64,000 nt of DNA from NCBI RefSeq assembly GCF_036365525.1, contig NC_090380.1:72467757-72531756 (forward strand). Reading direction: 5' to 3'. Position 1 is the first letter of the stretch; each line of letters begins with the position of its first letter. The notes below the pieces were generated by a model. It worked only from the letters and a program-made list of their open reading frames with translations. It was not told the DNA's origin and did no database searches. A program made the position numbers and the translations under genes. This stretch comes from Heterodontus francisci. Lineage: Eukaryota. Shown in pieces: positions 10,825 through 23,746 of this stretch.

Positions 10825-12565
10825 ACTCAGTGCTGCCTCTGTCACTTCCCTACCTTCCACTAGCCCACCAGACCAAACTTCCTCTAAAGATCCCCCTGTG
10901 TCCTCGCACTTAACTCACATCTTTCTCTAGTTTCTCTCCTATCCAAGCTCATCTTGTCTATGAGACCCATCTCCAGCTCTCTCGACCCTCTTCCAACTAT
11001 ACTGCTGACCACCCAAATACCCTTTCTGGTTCCCATGTTAGCTGATATTGTTAATGGTTCTCTCTTTTCAGATACTGTCGCTCTCTCCTTCAAATCTGCC
11101 GTCATTACCCCTCTCCTAAAAAAAAATCCTTGACCCCTCCGCCCTTGCAAACTACCGCCTCATCTCCAACCTCCCTTTTCTCCCCAAAGTCCTTGAATGT
11201 GTTATCGCCTCCCAAATCCATGCTCATCTTTCCTGGAACTCTATGTTTGAATCCTTCCAATCAGGTTTCTATCCTGCCACAGTACTGAAATGGCTGTTAT
11301 CAAAGTCACAAATGACATCTATTGATCTTTTGTGATTGTGACAAAGGTAAACTACCCTTCTTCTTTCTCAACCTGTCTACAGCCTTTGACAGGGCTGATC
11401 ACACCATCCTCCTCCAACGCCTTTCCACCATCAGCCAGCTGGGTGGGATTGCACTCGCCTGGTTCCGTTCTTAGCTATCTAATCATAACCAGAGTTTCAC
11501 TTGCAATATCTTCTGTTTCTGCTTCAGCAGTTAACTCTGGTGCTCCCTCAAGGATCTATCCTTGGCCCTCTTCTATTATCTACAAGCTGCCCCTCAGCAA
11601 CATCGCCTGAAAACACAATGTCAATTTCCACTTGTACGTTGACAACACCCAGCTCTACCTCACCACCACCTCTCTCATATCTCTGCTGTTGCTAAATTAT
11701 CAGATTGCTTGTCTGACATCCAGTACTGGATGAGCAGAAATTTCCTCCAATTAAATCTTGGGAAGACTGAAGCCATCGTCTTTGATCCCCGGCGCAAACT
11801 CTGTTCCCTAGCTACCAACTCCATTCCTCTCCCTGGCAACCATCTCAGGCTGAACCAGACTGTTCTCAACCTTGGTGTCATATTTGACTCTGAGATGAGC
11901 TTCTGACCACATATCCGCACAATCACTAAAACCACTTATTTCCAAATCTGTAAAATTATCTGACTCTGTCCTGTCTCTGCACATCTGCTGCTGAAACTCC
12001 CATTCATGCCTTTGTTACCGTTAGACTATTCCAATGCACTCTTGACCAGTCTTTCACACTCTACCCTCCATAAACTTGAGGTCATCCAAAACTCTGGTGT
12101 CCGTGTCTTTACTCGCACCAAGTCCCATTCATCCATCAGCCCTGTGCTTGCTGACCTGCATTTGCTCCCAGGTAAGCAAAGTCTCGATGTTAAAATTCTC
12201 ATCCTGGTTTTCAGAAGCCTCCATGGCCTTGTCCCTATCTATCTCTGTAATCTCCTCCAGCTGCACAACCCTCTGAGATATCTATGTTCCTCTATTTCTG
12301 GCCTTGTGAGCTTCCCGGATTTTAATTACCCAACCATTGTTAGCTGTGCCTTTAGCTGCCTTAGCTCTAAACTCCCTCTCTAAACCTCTCCAACTCTCTC
12401 ACCTCCTTTTAGACACTCTTTAAAACCTACCTCTTTGACAAGCCTTTGTGCATCTGCCCTAACATCTCCATATGTTGCTCGGTTTCAAATTTTGCTTTAT
12501 AATGCTCTTGTGAAACACAGGATGTTTTATTATGTTAAAAGTACTACATCAATACAAGTTGTTGC
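10825..12565 (+). mobile_element. L2-clade LINE, 5'-truncated and decayed (RT and 3' end)
   Basis: Fragments NYRLISNLPFLPKVLE, QSGF...HSTE, PQGSILGPLL, IQYWMSRNFLQLNLGKTE and LDYSNALL; L2 tail tatgttaaaa...acaagttgttg. Confidence 0.9.
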
Positions 12566-14895
12566 TCTTTTTTTCACACTGTGCTTTGGCCATTGGGATT
12601 ACATTTGAACTGAGCCTAGACTGGTGACACCATAAGTCCTAGAACTCACAATAATAGCTCTGGGTAATGTAGTGTTCCAGTTTATACGGAAATTCGTGTG
12701 TTTACGGGATTCTCAACACAAATGCAGATGTGGAATTCCCAAAACCTACTGTTTTTTTTTCTACTTTAAAATTACCTGCTAATGTTCTCGCTGTGGGCAT
12801 TGACTCTTTCTTGTGCTGCAGTTTCAAAGGCTGTCTTTAGTACTTTGCCCATTTACCCATTATTCATGTGCGAGCTTGCACAGTGAATGTTGATGATCTG
12901 TTTGACCTTAGACAGTCAAGTAGGCTCTCTAACTGGTTTTCCACCTTCCTACCCCAGTGACACTAGGGCCAATTTTAAGATGACAACTGCAACCCCTACT
13001 GACCTAATTCAGCACTGACTGACGATTCAGCTTGGAACCTTCTTGTTCTGTATGGCACAACTACTCATTGGATAAACTTATTGAACCCTTAAGGATGAAC
13101 TTTTCAACCTGTATTCCTGCAGTTTTCTAATAGCCATATAAATGACCTTGTCTTGCCTGCAAATGGAGGTTTGAGAGGAGACAGGGTGGGGGCATGGTCC
13201 TTGGCAGAGCTTGGGCTGAAGGGAGTGGCGGGCAGTACCTGAGCTAGAATGCATCTCCATTCCAAATCATATGGACTTTCTGTTGCTCGTTGTATTCAGT
13301 GTTGTTGCCTGGCACATCCATAGGTAGCTGCAAAACATGCGAGTGAGAGACAAACCGGGAAGCTGTAGTCTAGAAGAGAGTGGGGGCTGAGTTCAGGAGT
13401 GGAAAGCTTGGAGGAAGCATGAAGGTCAGCAGGGAGACAATGGGCTGGAACCAGGAGGGAACTGGAATCCAAGGTTTGGGACCTGAGAGAGCGCAGAAAA
13501 ACTAGAAATAGGATCTGGAAGGAAGCTTGCAATAACAATTGTACTTTGTGAAATAACTATTGAGGAAACCTGTTAACTGTATCATCAACTGGAAACTGTC
13601 TATTAATTCCCCATGAGCAAATGGAAGCACTTCATTTGCAAACTTATTTTTGTAAAATGTATGAAAAAGTGATTTTATTTGTATTACTTTTGTGAGATCA
13701 TTTTCTTTTCTTTCCGGAGTTAGCAGTAATTTACAGGTAAGCCAGGGAATGTAGTATGAGGTTGGTGTGGAGTATGAAAGACTGGGCAGGAAGATTGCAT
13801 TGGTAGGCAAGGGACCAGGGCAGGAATAACCTGGAGAGGAGTGCACTTTGAACTTGGGAACTGAAGCACAAGCTGGCCAGAGAATGGTCTAGTGTGGAGT
13901 GGAACACAGTTGGGGCAGAAGCTGAGACTGGATATATACTTCTCGCATCTAAATGGCAGCCATCAGAGTGATAATACATCAATGCTCTCCTGCTTCTCAA
14001 AGACTAATCAGAATGCTCGAAATGCAGTAGGATAAATCTGCAATTTATTAATTGATCTACTGTGGCATTGCTAATTGAAGCAATTTGTTGAAAAAATGGA
14101 ACAGTGCTGCTGATCCACTAATGACTCCTTACTAATCTCAGGGTGGGTTTCCTCCTAGTCTCATTGAATGACCAGAATTATGTGGCTCTATAAATAATTC
14201 CCCTTTCAGATTACCATGTGACTACCATCAAATGGATGAGAGATAGGGCTGCATCTGATTTTTTTTTATTCGTTCATGAGATTTACAAACCGACATCCGA
14301 TGGCAGATTAATCAATAAGACAAAGGAGATAGAGAAGTAATAACCCACAGACCTATAAGGAAGTGCAGGGGAAGTCTATAGACAATCATACACTAAACCT
14401 CTTCTCAGGTGGAGAGATCAACCTGACCTGAGCACATTGACGTGCAAGAACGTGTGACAGTTCATCACTGGGAAATTAAGCACGTTTCCACTCCTAATTC
14501 TGGTATTTTATTACAGATCAGTTCTGCAGTTGTAATCCTGGCCAGTTAATCATGACTGCCTGCCCTGAGTTAATAAAAGTTTAATAAAAGGGCAGTGTTG
14601 TGAGGGGGAAAGAATGAATTCACTTCAATGCTGCTTGGAATGCTACATCAGGATTTATCACTTCAGCGTAAAAACTGAGGATCATTAATTGTCAAATTGA
14701 TTTTCCTGTTTGACTGCCCTGGATCCCTAGAAAAGTTCAAAGCAGTTCACGTGATTGACAAATATCGATTCAATAAAAACCTGATGATCTAATTTTACTT
14801 CTCTCCCAGATATTTATTTGCTCACTTGGTGCACCCCAACATTACTGATAACCTGACTTCATGATAAAGAAAAATCACTTCTAGCATATTTCAAA

Positions 14896-15593
14896 GGGCC
14901 ATAATTCGCTGTCAAAACAACAGTGAGGCTACCAGCGTTCACTGTTATAAGCAAATGCTACAGCAACTTCAAGTGGAAATTCAAAATTTGCTGTCTGAGT
15001 TGTGCCACTCCACTGTTAGCTTCATGAAAGCAACATCTCGCTGTCAACCTCACCATTTCAAATGCATTGAATGGCGTGAGATTGCTGTACTTGCACGGTA
15101 GGTACAAACCAAACACCACAGAAAGTTGAGTCTTGTCCATGTCAGTCTAATTATCCCTTTAACAACATGAAAAGTCTTAATTACTGCCAAACAACCTCTC
15201 TGGCACTGAAAATTAAACTATTACAAGCATGTAATCTAATTCCTTCAAGTTTTAAATGTAGTTAGAGATTTAAAAAATGCAAAATTTAAAATTAAACTTT
15301 TTTTTTGCTTTTCTTTTCTGTCTTGCTTTTTTCTCTATCTCAATCCAGTCTTCTCTTTTTATTTCTCTTTCAGTACCCGATTTGGCATTGAATTCACCCA
15401 CTGTTAATTTACACTTCCCTCTCAGTCCTTGTGTTTTCACAATCCTTCAATCTGATGGGTTATGGAGATACACAGTTGCTTGCCCTGTTCACTGAGGTCC
15501 CAGATGTTATCAGCACATATTTCGCCAACGTGCAGTGCCAAAGATCATTACAGGTAAATAGGCAGAGGCAAGTCTAACAGCAAATTATGGCTC
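14896..15593. mobile_element. Non-autonomous TIR element (Harbinger-like MITE)
   Basis: TIRs gggccataattcgctg and cagcaaattatggctc; interior homologous to the 22495-23243 element (aattactgc..aacaa.ct.tctggc.ctga). Confidence 0.7.
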
Positions 15594-16459
15594 ATTATTT
15601 TAAAATTTAGCCGATACAGGCCCAATTCGCCGAATGTCCTCCTTCTGTGCTGCATCATACGATAACCAAGCTTTGATTTACAGTGAACTGACCTGAATTA
15701 GAACTGCTGTAAAACTGTTTCCTTTAGAGGAGGAAAGTAACGAGACATACAAAAGTCACCTCAGGAAACAATGGGTCCTTTTCAGTCCATTTGGAGTTTG
15801 GAAAGTTAAATATTGTGATTGTACTGAGATCCTGTTGATATGTTGCAAGCTTGGCATTTCAAATCCAAGCAGGCGAAGGAGTCCATTGAGTACTGCTGCC
15901 CTATTGTGCTATATGTAGTCGTGGTGATAACCATGGCCTAGATTTCCAGCCTGGAAGTACAAATTGGGCGCAGCAAATACTCTCTGCGTCTGAAAAGGTA
16001 GCTCTGAGCACACCTGATATTGGGCCTTGTTTCTCATTTGAATGAAATCAGTGAGATGTGAACACAGTCTGGTCATCCCCAGGCAGCCCACCCAGCGAAC
16101 AAACTAGGGTTTTAGGCTGCAAGAAGATATGGTGAGTGGTATGGGAATATTCACCAGTTTACAATGATCATATTACTTCTTCGGTCTGTTGCCCAGTCGT
16201 GTTTTAAGACAGTCCAGTGTGAATGTGGGACGATAAAGCAACAAGACCATTTAAGTTTCAGAGAGGGCTTTTAAATTAATTTTAAACAAAAGAATCCAAA
16301 CAAAAAGTATCTCTAAGAAAGTCAAGCTGTTGAGCTGAGAGGAAACCAAAATGAAAATACCATGTGCAAACAGTTAAAGAAGTCATTTAATAAGTCAGCA
16401 GACACTGCATGTTGATGTTCAAAGGTCACCTAGGCATGAACTATAGCTTAAGAGATGGA

Positions 16460-16745
16460 TTTTATTTTCAAAAAATATACTTTATTGATAAAATTTGTTT
16501 AAGTGCGTTAGCTAACATTTCAAATTTGGCATTACATAAAGTGCAATATAGTTCAGTTTCTTTCCATACAGTATGTGACACTCTGAGGTGCCTCACTAAA
16601 CTTAGAATTACAGGTCATATTTACAATATACATTTCCCGTCAAACATGCTCTGATGTATACAGCCCAAGGGGTTTTACACAGGTTCCAACCCTCAGTGTA
16701 CCATGGTGGGCAGGCCTTAAACTGTGGCCTCTCCCCAAGTAGTCC
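16460..16745 (-). mobile_element. L1/Tx1-like LINE 3' end
   Basis: Minus strand reads WGEATV* followed by a UTR ending aataaagtatattttttgaaaataaaa. Confidence 0.5.
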
Positions 16746-17478
16746 AGGGAAACCTGACCAGTACTTCTCTGCATCTGTTACGAGCTCACAGGACACCAGT
16801 CTGGTGTGGACTCTGCCTTTATTGAAACTGACTGTATTGGCTGCCCCCAGTCAGAGTGCCTCATGGTCGTGGTCACGTGACTACAGCAAGCCAGGAGGCA
16901 CATTGGTACAGTATTGCATTTCTGTCCCAAACAGCATCCTAGACTGTAGATGACAGACTTGCCCGGGACCAGGGGGTTCCAATTCCAGGTTATCTAGGTG
17001 CAAAACAAGAATTAGTACCAGTGTTAACTGAAATTGGTCTGAAGTACTGATTTTCAACATATTAATTGCCTCAAATTTTATTGTTTATGAAGTTAGATTT
17101 TGGCCTATTGTAGCTTGCAACAACCACAGCGAACAAGCACTGACTCTTTAGTTTCAGTTCAGATAGTTTACTGGTCTTCAGTAAAACAGACTAAAGAGAG
17201 GAGGCATGGTCTCAAATTAAGAAGCTCTAATAAATCTCTCTTGCTATTGTTAACAGTTATGAACTGGGTTGAGGTTTAGCTTCTGGTCAGTTTAATTTTG
17301 TAGAATATGTTGATTTTCATATAATAATAATCCTCTCAGCACCTTCACAAGCACTGTTCAGAGAAATTTTGAGAAGTTGCACAGCATCCACCCACTTCTG
17401 GGCTAAGGCAACCAATTAATTGAGTAATCGAGTACTCAATCAGTAACTGAAATGTTCAGTGAGGAATTTAAACATGAA

Positions 17479-19015
17479 GACCACAAAATTCGGTTGCACA
17501 GCACCTGTATTTTCAGTGTTATGGATCTTTCAGGTCCAAAATAGCATTTGCAGCTCATGCGCACACTGGCATGGATCGCACCGGTCGGCATTTTGGGAGG
17601 TCATTAGGGTGGGCGCTGGAAATATGTGGTGGAAGTATGCAGAGTTGACAGATCATGACGCCAGTCAGTGTGTAATGCAGATTTGACTCTAGAGGTGCCA
17701 TTTTCAACCTCAATATTCCAACCAATGCACTCTCTTAACCTTGCATAGCTGAACATGCATTAAGCAGCAGGGAGGCTCCCTCACCATTGTTATTTAAAGA
17801 CATCATCATCACTTTCAGGTCAGTTGTCGATTGATTTCTGCTGGTTGTTCTGAATTAGGGGAAGTGTTTGGAGTTTGTACTGCTACTTAAATTTGGTTGT
17901 CTGCAGGGAGTGGTATGGCATGTGGTGATGTCCTTGGTTCTCACTTCAAATGTATTGAAGGTAAAAAACACCCTTAATTTTGTCTGGACAAGACTTAACC
18001 AATTAAGGCAACAGGATACTCGATTAGCAAGTCCAGAAAGTTTATTAAAAGTAAAATTATTCTTAACAAACTTTAGGAAGATAACTTTATAGCTCTCGCA
18101 GGTGCGCTTCCTGGTCGAGTATTGATCGCAGAACGACGCAAGGGTCTTCTCTGCAATGTATTCCCCTCTCTTTGCATACATTTCCTCTTCCCACAGGGAA
18201 ACACGTGGAGTGAGCACCTAGCTTCGTCAGGATAATGGGTTTCCCCATGGTGCAGGGAAGCATTTACTACACACGTCACTTTTCAGGCACCAGATGTAAA
18301 TTCAGAGATATACCGCAATCACAAAGTGTTCCTCTCTTTCACTGTGCAGATGAGTCATGGTTGATAGAGGTTTTAGGTAGGTGAGTGAAGGGGGTGTTGG
18401 TTCATTGAGCAGTGTCTGAGGCTAGTGGTTCATTTGTAGGGATTTGGCATTGAAGATGCATTCACTGACCTTGACCATTCATGTGAGGTCATTGAACTTC
18501 TTGTGGCACAGCATCCTGATCCCCGGAGCTACAGTGCTGGCATTAACCTCGACAGTTATCTGCTCCCATTGCCTTCATAATGTCTGTTTGGAGGGTCCCC
18601 TGTGTTTAGAGGATATCGCTCCTCCTGTCGACCTCCTGCACCAAGGCCTCCAGTACTGCTTCAGAGAACCTTGGAGATGCTTTCTGCCCTGAAGTGCCAT
18701 TTTTCAGTGTTTTTCCTACTCAGGCATTTCTCCAGCCACCCCCAGGACATGCTGCAGCTGGAATGCATCTGCCCTTTAAAAGCTGAAAACTAGCTTTAAG
18801 TAGTGTTGGCAGGTTTTAAGCTGTGCTAGTATCTCATGCATTTGTGCACCCTGCTCAGGTGTGCAGCCACTTAACAGTGCTGACTGCATTACAACCATTG
18901 TAATAAGTAGGCAGCACAAAATTTGCTCGCTGCCTGTATCAGAAACAATAGGCACGGGTTAATCGCAAATCACGATCCACACGTCCATTACGGGACTTAT
19001 TGAATTTCGAAGCCC
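17479..19015. mobile_element. Second decayed Harbinger element (transposase remnant +, Myb/SANT remnant -)
   Basis: + strand 18185-18350 encodes GFPMVQGSI...HVTFQAPDVNSEIYRNHKVFLSFTVQ. - strand 18466-18685 encodes PRFSEAVLEALVQEVDRRSDIL...QWEQITVEVNAS...CHKKFNDLT. Right end gaatttcgaagccc; left boundary is approximate. Confidence 0.75.
17951..18180 (-). mobile_element. Short solo-LTR-like insert within the Harbinger element
   Basis: TGTAT...ATACA termini; on the minus strand TATAAA (about 18091-18086) precedes AATAAA (about 18045-18040); CpG-retaining; no matching TSD. Confidence 0.5.
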
Positions 19016-19809
19016 AAACTTTTGTAAAATAAGAGCTGTTTTTCTCCTTAAAATGTGCATTTGACTTCTCGCACAATAAGCTGCTGTTGTCACCCTAAAT
19101 CAGCCCCTTATCACTTATCGTACATTTCTTATTCATTGTCCAGGCTATTGTACATTAGCTTCAATAATTGTCCAGCTAAAATGCTGAAACAAATAAAGTA
19201 ACATTTCAACTTTTGTTCTGTTACTAAAATGGTGCCAGCAGAATTCTGTCGAGCAGCATTTGAATGACTACATCTAATGTGTTTTACCCAGCACAGATTG
19301 TCTTGTTTGAACTAAAAAAAACTTTTATTTAGTTTTCCCTTGATAATGTAATTGATGTATTTAATCTGTTGCTATGTTACTAGCCAACATGAAGTTGTAA
19401 TTAGGAATACAGATTGGCCTATTAATAGTCTATTCTCAAAGATCATTAACCCTTTCATCTCCTAGTTCTGATAATTCCGGAGCTCTTGGGACACAACAAA
19501 GTTCTGGTTGTTACAAAATTATTGTTGAAAGTTGCTTTTGTCTCTTAAAAAAGTACACATACTTACTAAATTCAATTTGTTTAATTCACAAAATGACATA
19601 CAATTGGGATACCATTAATGTTGGAACAAAAGATAAAGGGAGCAACAGAAACATAAATCTAGGTTTGTGCTGCCTGAGTACATTTTGGTTAAAGCTAAAT
19701 AGAGAGATAGAAAATAGGAAAAGGGAGCCTAAAAAGAAGCAACTAAATAATAAGGTAGTTATGGTAAAAATACAAAGAAGTCTGCTCATTTTTTTAAAAA
19801 TCTGTGAAT

Positions 19810-20035
19810 GCATGCGTTCTGTCCATATCTATATATGTCTGTTTATGACTGTATTTATAGACATGTGTTTGCATATGTATCTGGATTTATGTGTTTGCTT
19901 ATGTGTCTTTATGCATGTGTGTGCGTCTGCATCTTTGTGTCTGTGTGCCAATCTCTATATATGTACATCGGTGTGTCATTATCTTGTAACTGTTTTGGGT
20001 GTCTGAGTATGTATCTGAATGCTTGTGTGTGTGTG
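19810..20035. repeat. Degenerate (TG/TATG)n low-complexity microsatellite
   Basis: Long run of tgtgtg/tatgt/catgt motifs. Confidence 0.75.
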
Positions 20036-22494
20036 AGATGAATTCTCTGGTAATTTAGAAATGTTTAAAAACCTAATGGAGATGATGCCTATAAACATTC
20101 TCCCCTTTTTATGTCCTCACAACAAAAGCTGTTGTATATTTGCATATTTCACCTATAATTTTTCAATGTGCAGCAATAGGAATACAGAAGCAATGTTTTC
20201 TTGATACTTTTTATTTCCCTCCTTTGTTCCCTCCACTTCATTTTTCCAGCCATTATCCATAATTCCAAACTATTAATTTATCTAAATCTATTCATCGTGA
20301 CAATACTAGCTTTTGTTTAAGAAATGAGGCATTAAATTAATGTTCTATGTAGTGAATGTATGGTAAACTAGATTGGCACCTTTGAGAGTTGTGCTCTATT
20401 CCAGATATCCATAATGATGCATTGCTGGAAACTGCAAACAGAGATGATGTCGTAGTGAGAAGATTAAAGGCATTGTTTTTAAAAGTTGGAAATAATTGAT
20501 TCGCCTTATATTTCAAAATGATTTGAGGGCTGTTCCAGCAGTCCTTGGAGAGAAAGCAGTTGCTAGCTGAACACTACTGACATTTATTAGATGAACATCA
20601 ATGTAGTGCGGTAACATATTATACATTAATGTATGCCTGATCCACTCAGCTCCATTAATCAATATGAATAGTAGATTCATTGTGCTACTCCAAAGCCTGA
20701 GAGTGCCAGACACAGCTCTCTAAATCCATTTGTCTGGGAGCTGTCGTCTGTGCCGTTTCAGTCTCCTTGCTTTAGTTGCCAGCTCATGCAATGTGTTCTA
20801 CAATACTGGGGAATGTAGTCAGTACTCAGCTAGTTTAAAAGTGGGTGACATGCTGGTAGCATATCAGAAATGCAATGTTCATTTTTCAAAAATGGTAAAT
20901 CAGCATTTTTTTAAAAAGCTGTTGCTTAGAGAAACTATTTTTTTGTCTTTTTTTTTTAACATAACAGGGCCAGGCCGGAGTGTCTCAAGGCACAATGGGT
21001 CTGAAAACCCATGGCCCAACAGCCCAGCATAAGTGGCGCGATTCACCTCTCTATGACCTCTGGCATTGAACCCACCAAAGTCTATAGGAGTTGAAGTCAT
21101 TTAATTTAAATAATTACATAAAGTAGCTGTGCTAATAAGGGCACATCTCAGGTGCTGCCATAGGGAAGATGTTGCAAACTGCAGTTTATGTGTCCAGGTC
21201 CAAGCCCATCGATTGCCTTTATGGGGAGAAACTAAATGCTTAGAATTCTTCAGAGGTCCAGACCACGACTCAGGCCTGGATACCCCGATTGGGCCCCACT
21301 TGTGAGTTTTGACGAGCTGGAACACCTGCGCCCACCCAATCTTCCCACAGGACCAGGGGTGTGTGAACTCCTGTATGGGAGTTCCTGCTCCCATCCACAC
21401 CCACTCTTAGACCACAAGCCTTGTTGGTGTTGGGCATAGACTCTCGCTCCAACAAGCTCCTGTAGAAACTGCCATGTCTGGGTCCTGGTCCTCAATGCAG
21501 AGCTTTCTTTGGACTTCTACTGAAGTTACAGTGGGAGTGTGCCAGAATGGCCATAGAATTTTGGCACCAGTGTCTGCAAAAGGTTCCTAGACCTACAGAC
21601 ATTATTTCTGCAGTGAAATTTTCAAAATACAGTATATATACTAAAAGGGAACTATTGTTCTTTTTAAACAATACATTATTCTAAAAGTTCTTATTCTGAT
21701 TCGTTTCCCAGGAGCCAGTTTGCAAATGAGAATAGTTTCATTACATAGTTACTTTTCATGTTACAATGCAACCTGAGGAACTTGCAATCAGCAAGTTATT
21801 TTTAAATCACCAGAAGGACTAATATTACAATTGGCATGTTAATGTGTGAGCACTTTGATTAAATATTAATGTAGTACAGATTTGCACAATAAGGATGCAA
21901 GTGCAGCAGTTTTTTGGATATAATACCTGTTGTACATTACATTGATGACCTCAATGAATATTGCAAAGCAGAAGCGGCATCAATGATTAATTATTCCAGT
22001 GAACATTAAAAGCAGGAATGGGGGAGTTCTTTTTTCTGTTTCTCAGCCTATATTCCGCAGCTATCTTTGTTGCTGGCGTGATGGAGTCAAACTAAACCTC
22101 GGTATATTCTAAACTATCTTGCTCACCACCGAATAATCTCCTGAATTCTTCCATGACAAAACAGTTATTCATATGACTCATACTCCTCTCAATTGACTGG
22201 GGGGAAAGATGCACAATGCAGTTCTCGTAGTGGTGTGCTTAATCTGCCTGCTTTATAGGTCTGTGATTATGAATTTGAGTCACAATGCTGTCTGATGATC
22301 CAATGTAACCACAGTTATGAAGAACTTTATTTGATGTTGGCTAGTCTGCTATATGGGCTATCTCACTGCAACTCTGTAGCAGACATGGTGAGGAGAGTGA
22401 AGACGAGGTAGACAAGAAACTAGTGTCTTGCTTAGAAGTAAATTGCCCCAGCACACATTTTGTTGAAGTGCTTGCTCCAGCTGTAGAGGAAAAT

Positions 22495-23243
22495 GGCTTG
22501 GATTTTGCAGCAGTAATGATAGCAAAACTGTCAGCATTCATCATCATTACTCCTCTGAAACTGACAGCAACTTTTGGAGTCCACACAAGCTTAGTTAAAG
22601 GTGAAAATCCAGAAGTTGCTGTCAGTGATTCTACATTTCTCTGTAGGGTATGCTGTTGAAGCACCCCCCGAGTGCAATCAATTAGGAATTACTGAACTGA
22701 TGAGAACTTGCCCTTTTACATTATTAATCTCGCTGTAAAAAACTTGAAATGTTACACTTGTTGAATGAGGTGTAACTGGGTTTCAATGGCGAACTAAGTT
22801 CATAATTACTGCTGAACAATCTTTCTGGCCCTGAGTAAGTAATATATTTGTGGAATGCCAAATTTCTCCATAATGGTAAAAGAATTTCACATTTTAATTT
22901 TTTTTTAAAGCTTGTTTGATATTTCAGCTTCTACTTAAATCCTATGTGTATGTTCCAATCATTTATTTTTCTCTCTGTAAAATGATATTAAAAAGTGAAG
23001 GATAATTGCATTTTACTTCCACGTTTGCTGTCTGTAAGAATACTTCAGTGTGATTGGCTGCTAACCCTGCTTAATGAGATCACTGTTGCTGGACACCCAG
23101 AGATCCCCTTGACCTGGTGCCAGATTCAAACTCATTTTGGGAAAGGGGAAATCCATGCTACGGAGATTGCTGGATCTTTGTGGGGAGCTTTCTTTGAGGT
23201 CAAAGAGTGCTGTCACTTCAACACTGACTGCAAAATCTAGGCC
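22495..23243. mobile_element. Harbinger-like MITE ending 95 bp upstream of the IGSF3 exon at 23339
   Basis: TIRs ggcttggattttgcag and ctgcaaaatctaggcc; 3-bp flanks aat/att. Confidence 0.75.
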
Positions 23244-23338
23244 ATTATGGTTGCTAGAGTGTCTGAGAGAAAAAATGAGGAACGTTAACAAAATTCACCA
23301 TTGTCCTGCATGTGACCAAATCATTTCTTCCCTTACAG

Positions 23339-23746
23339 ATTGCAGATTAAAAGTAAACCAAATAAAAAAGAATATTGTAGTAACAGAAAATGACAATATT
23401 CATTTAAACTGTATCATCACAAATCAAACAAGACTGGACTCGCAATTCTCTATACAATGGTATGTTCAGAAATCACTGGAGAAAGATGACAAACTCATTC
23501 TGAAATCAAACCGTGACTGTATGATCGAGTATAAGGACTGGTTAAAAAGAGACAAGAGAAAAGAGAGACTGCAGACTGCAAAACCTTCAAGTGGGCATTA
23601 CACTTTGGTCTTATTAAAAGCTGATATTGATGATAGTGGGAAATACTATTGTCACGTGGAGGAATGGCTGCTGAATCCCAACAACATCTGGTATAAAGTT
23701 GGAGAGAACACATCTGGACTGACCACTGTCACTGTCCAACGTCCAG
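23339..23746 (+). CDS. IGSF3: IGSF3 internal coding exon, V-type Ig domain (about domain 6)
   Basis: Polypyrimidine tract tttcttcccttacAG|at; donor ccag|GTatt at 23747; 408 bp, phase 1-1. Translation DCRLKVNQ...IHLNCII...IQWYVQK...DDSGKYYCHVEEWLLNP...SGLTTVTVQRP. Confidence 0.93.

Noticed and set aside
13150-13960. Purine-skewed GGA-rich segment, possible old LTR or exon
   Set aside because: No termini, TSD or credible reading frame found.
19593-20041. Hydrophobic Cys-rich ORFs (137 and 77 aa)
   Set aside because: Translation of a degenerate TG microsatellite.
23137-23338. N-terminal extension of the 275-aa ORF
   Set aside because: Lies upstream of the clear acceptor at 23338 and is partly MITE sequence; chance open frame.
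1081-23338. Additional hidden Ig exon in the 22-kb intron
   Set aside because: No ORF with C/W/YxC Ig hallmarks, and the flanking exons join in frame in the expected domain order.
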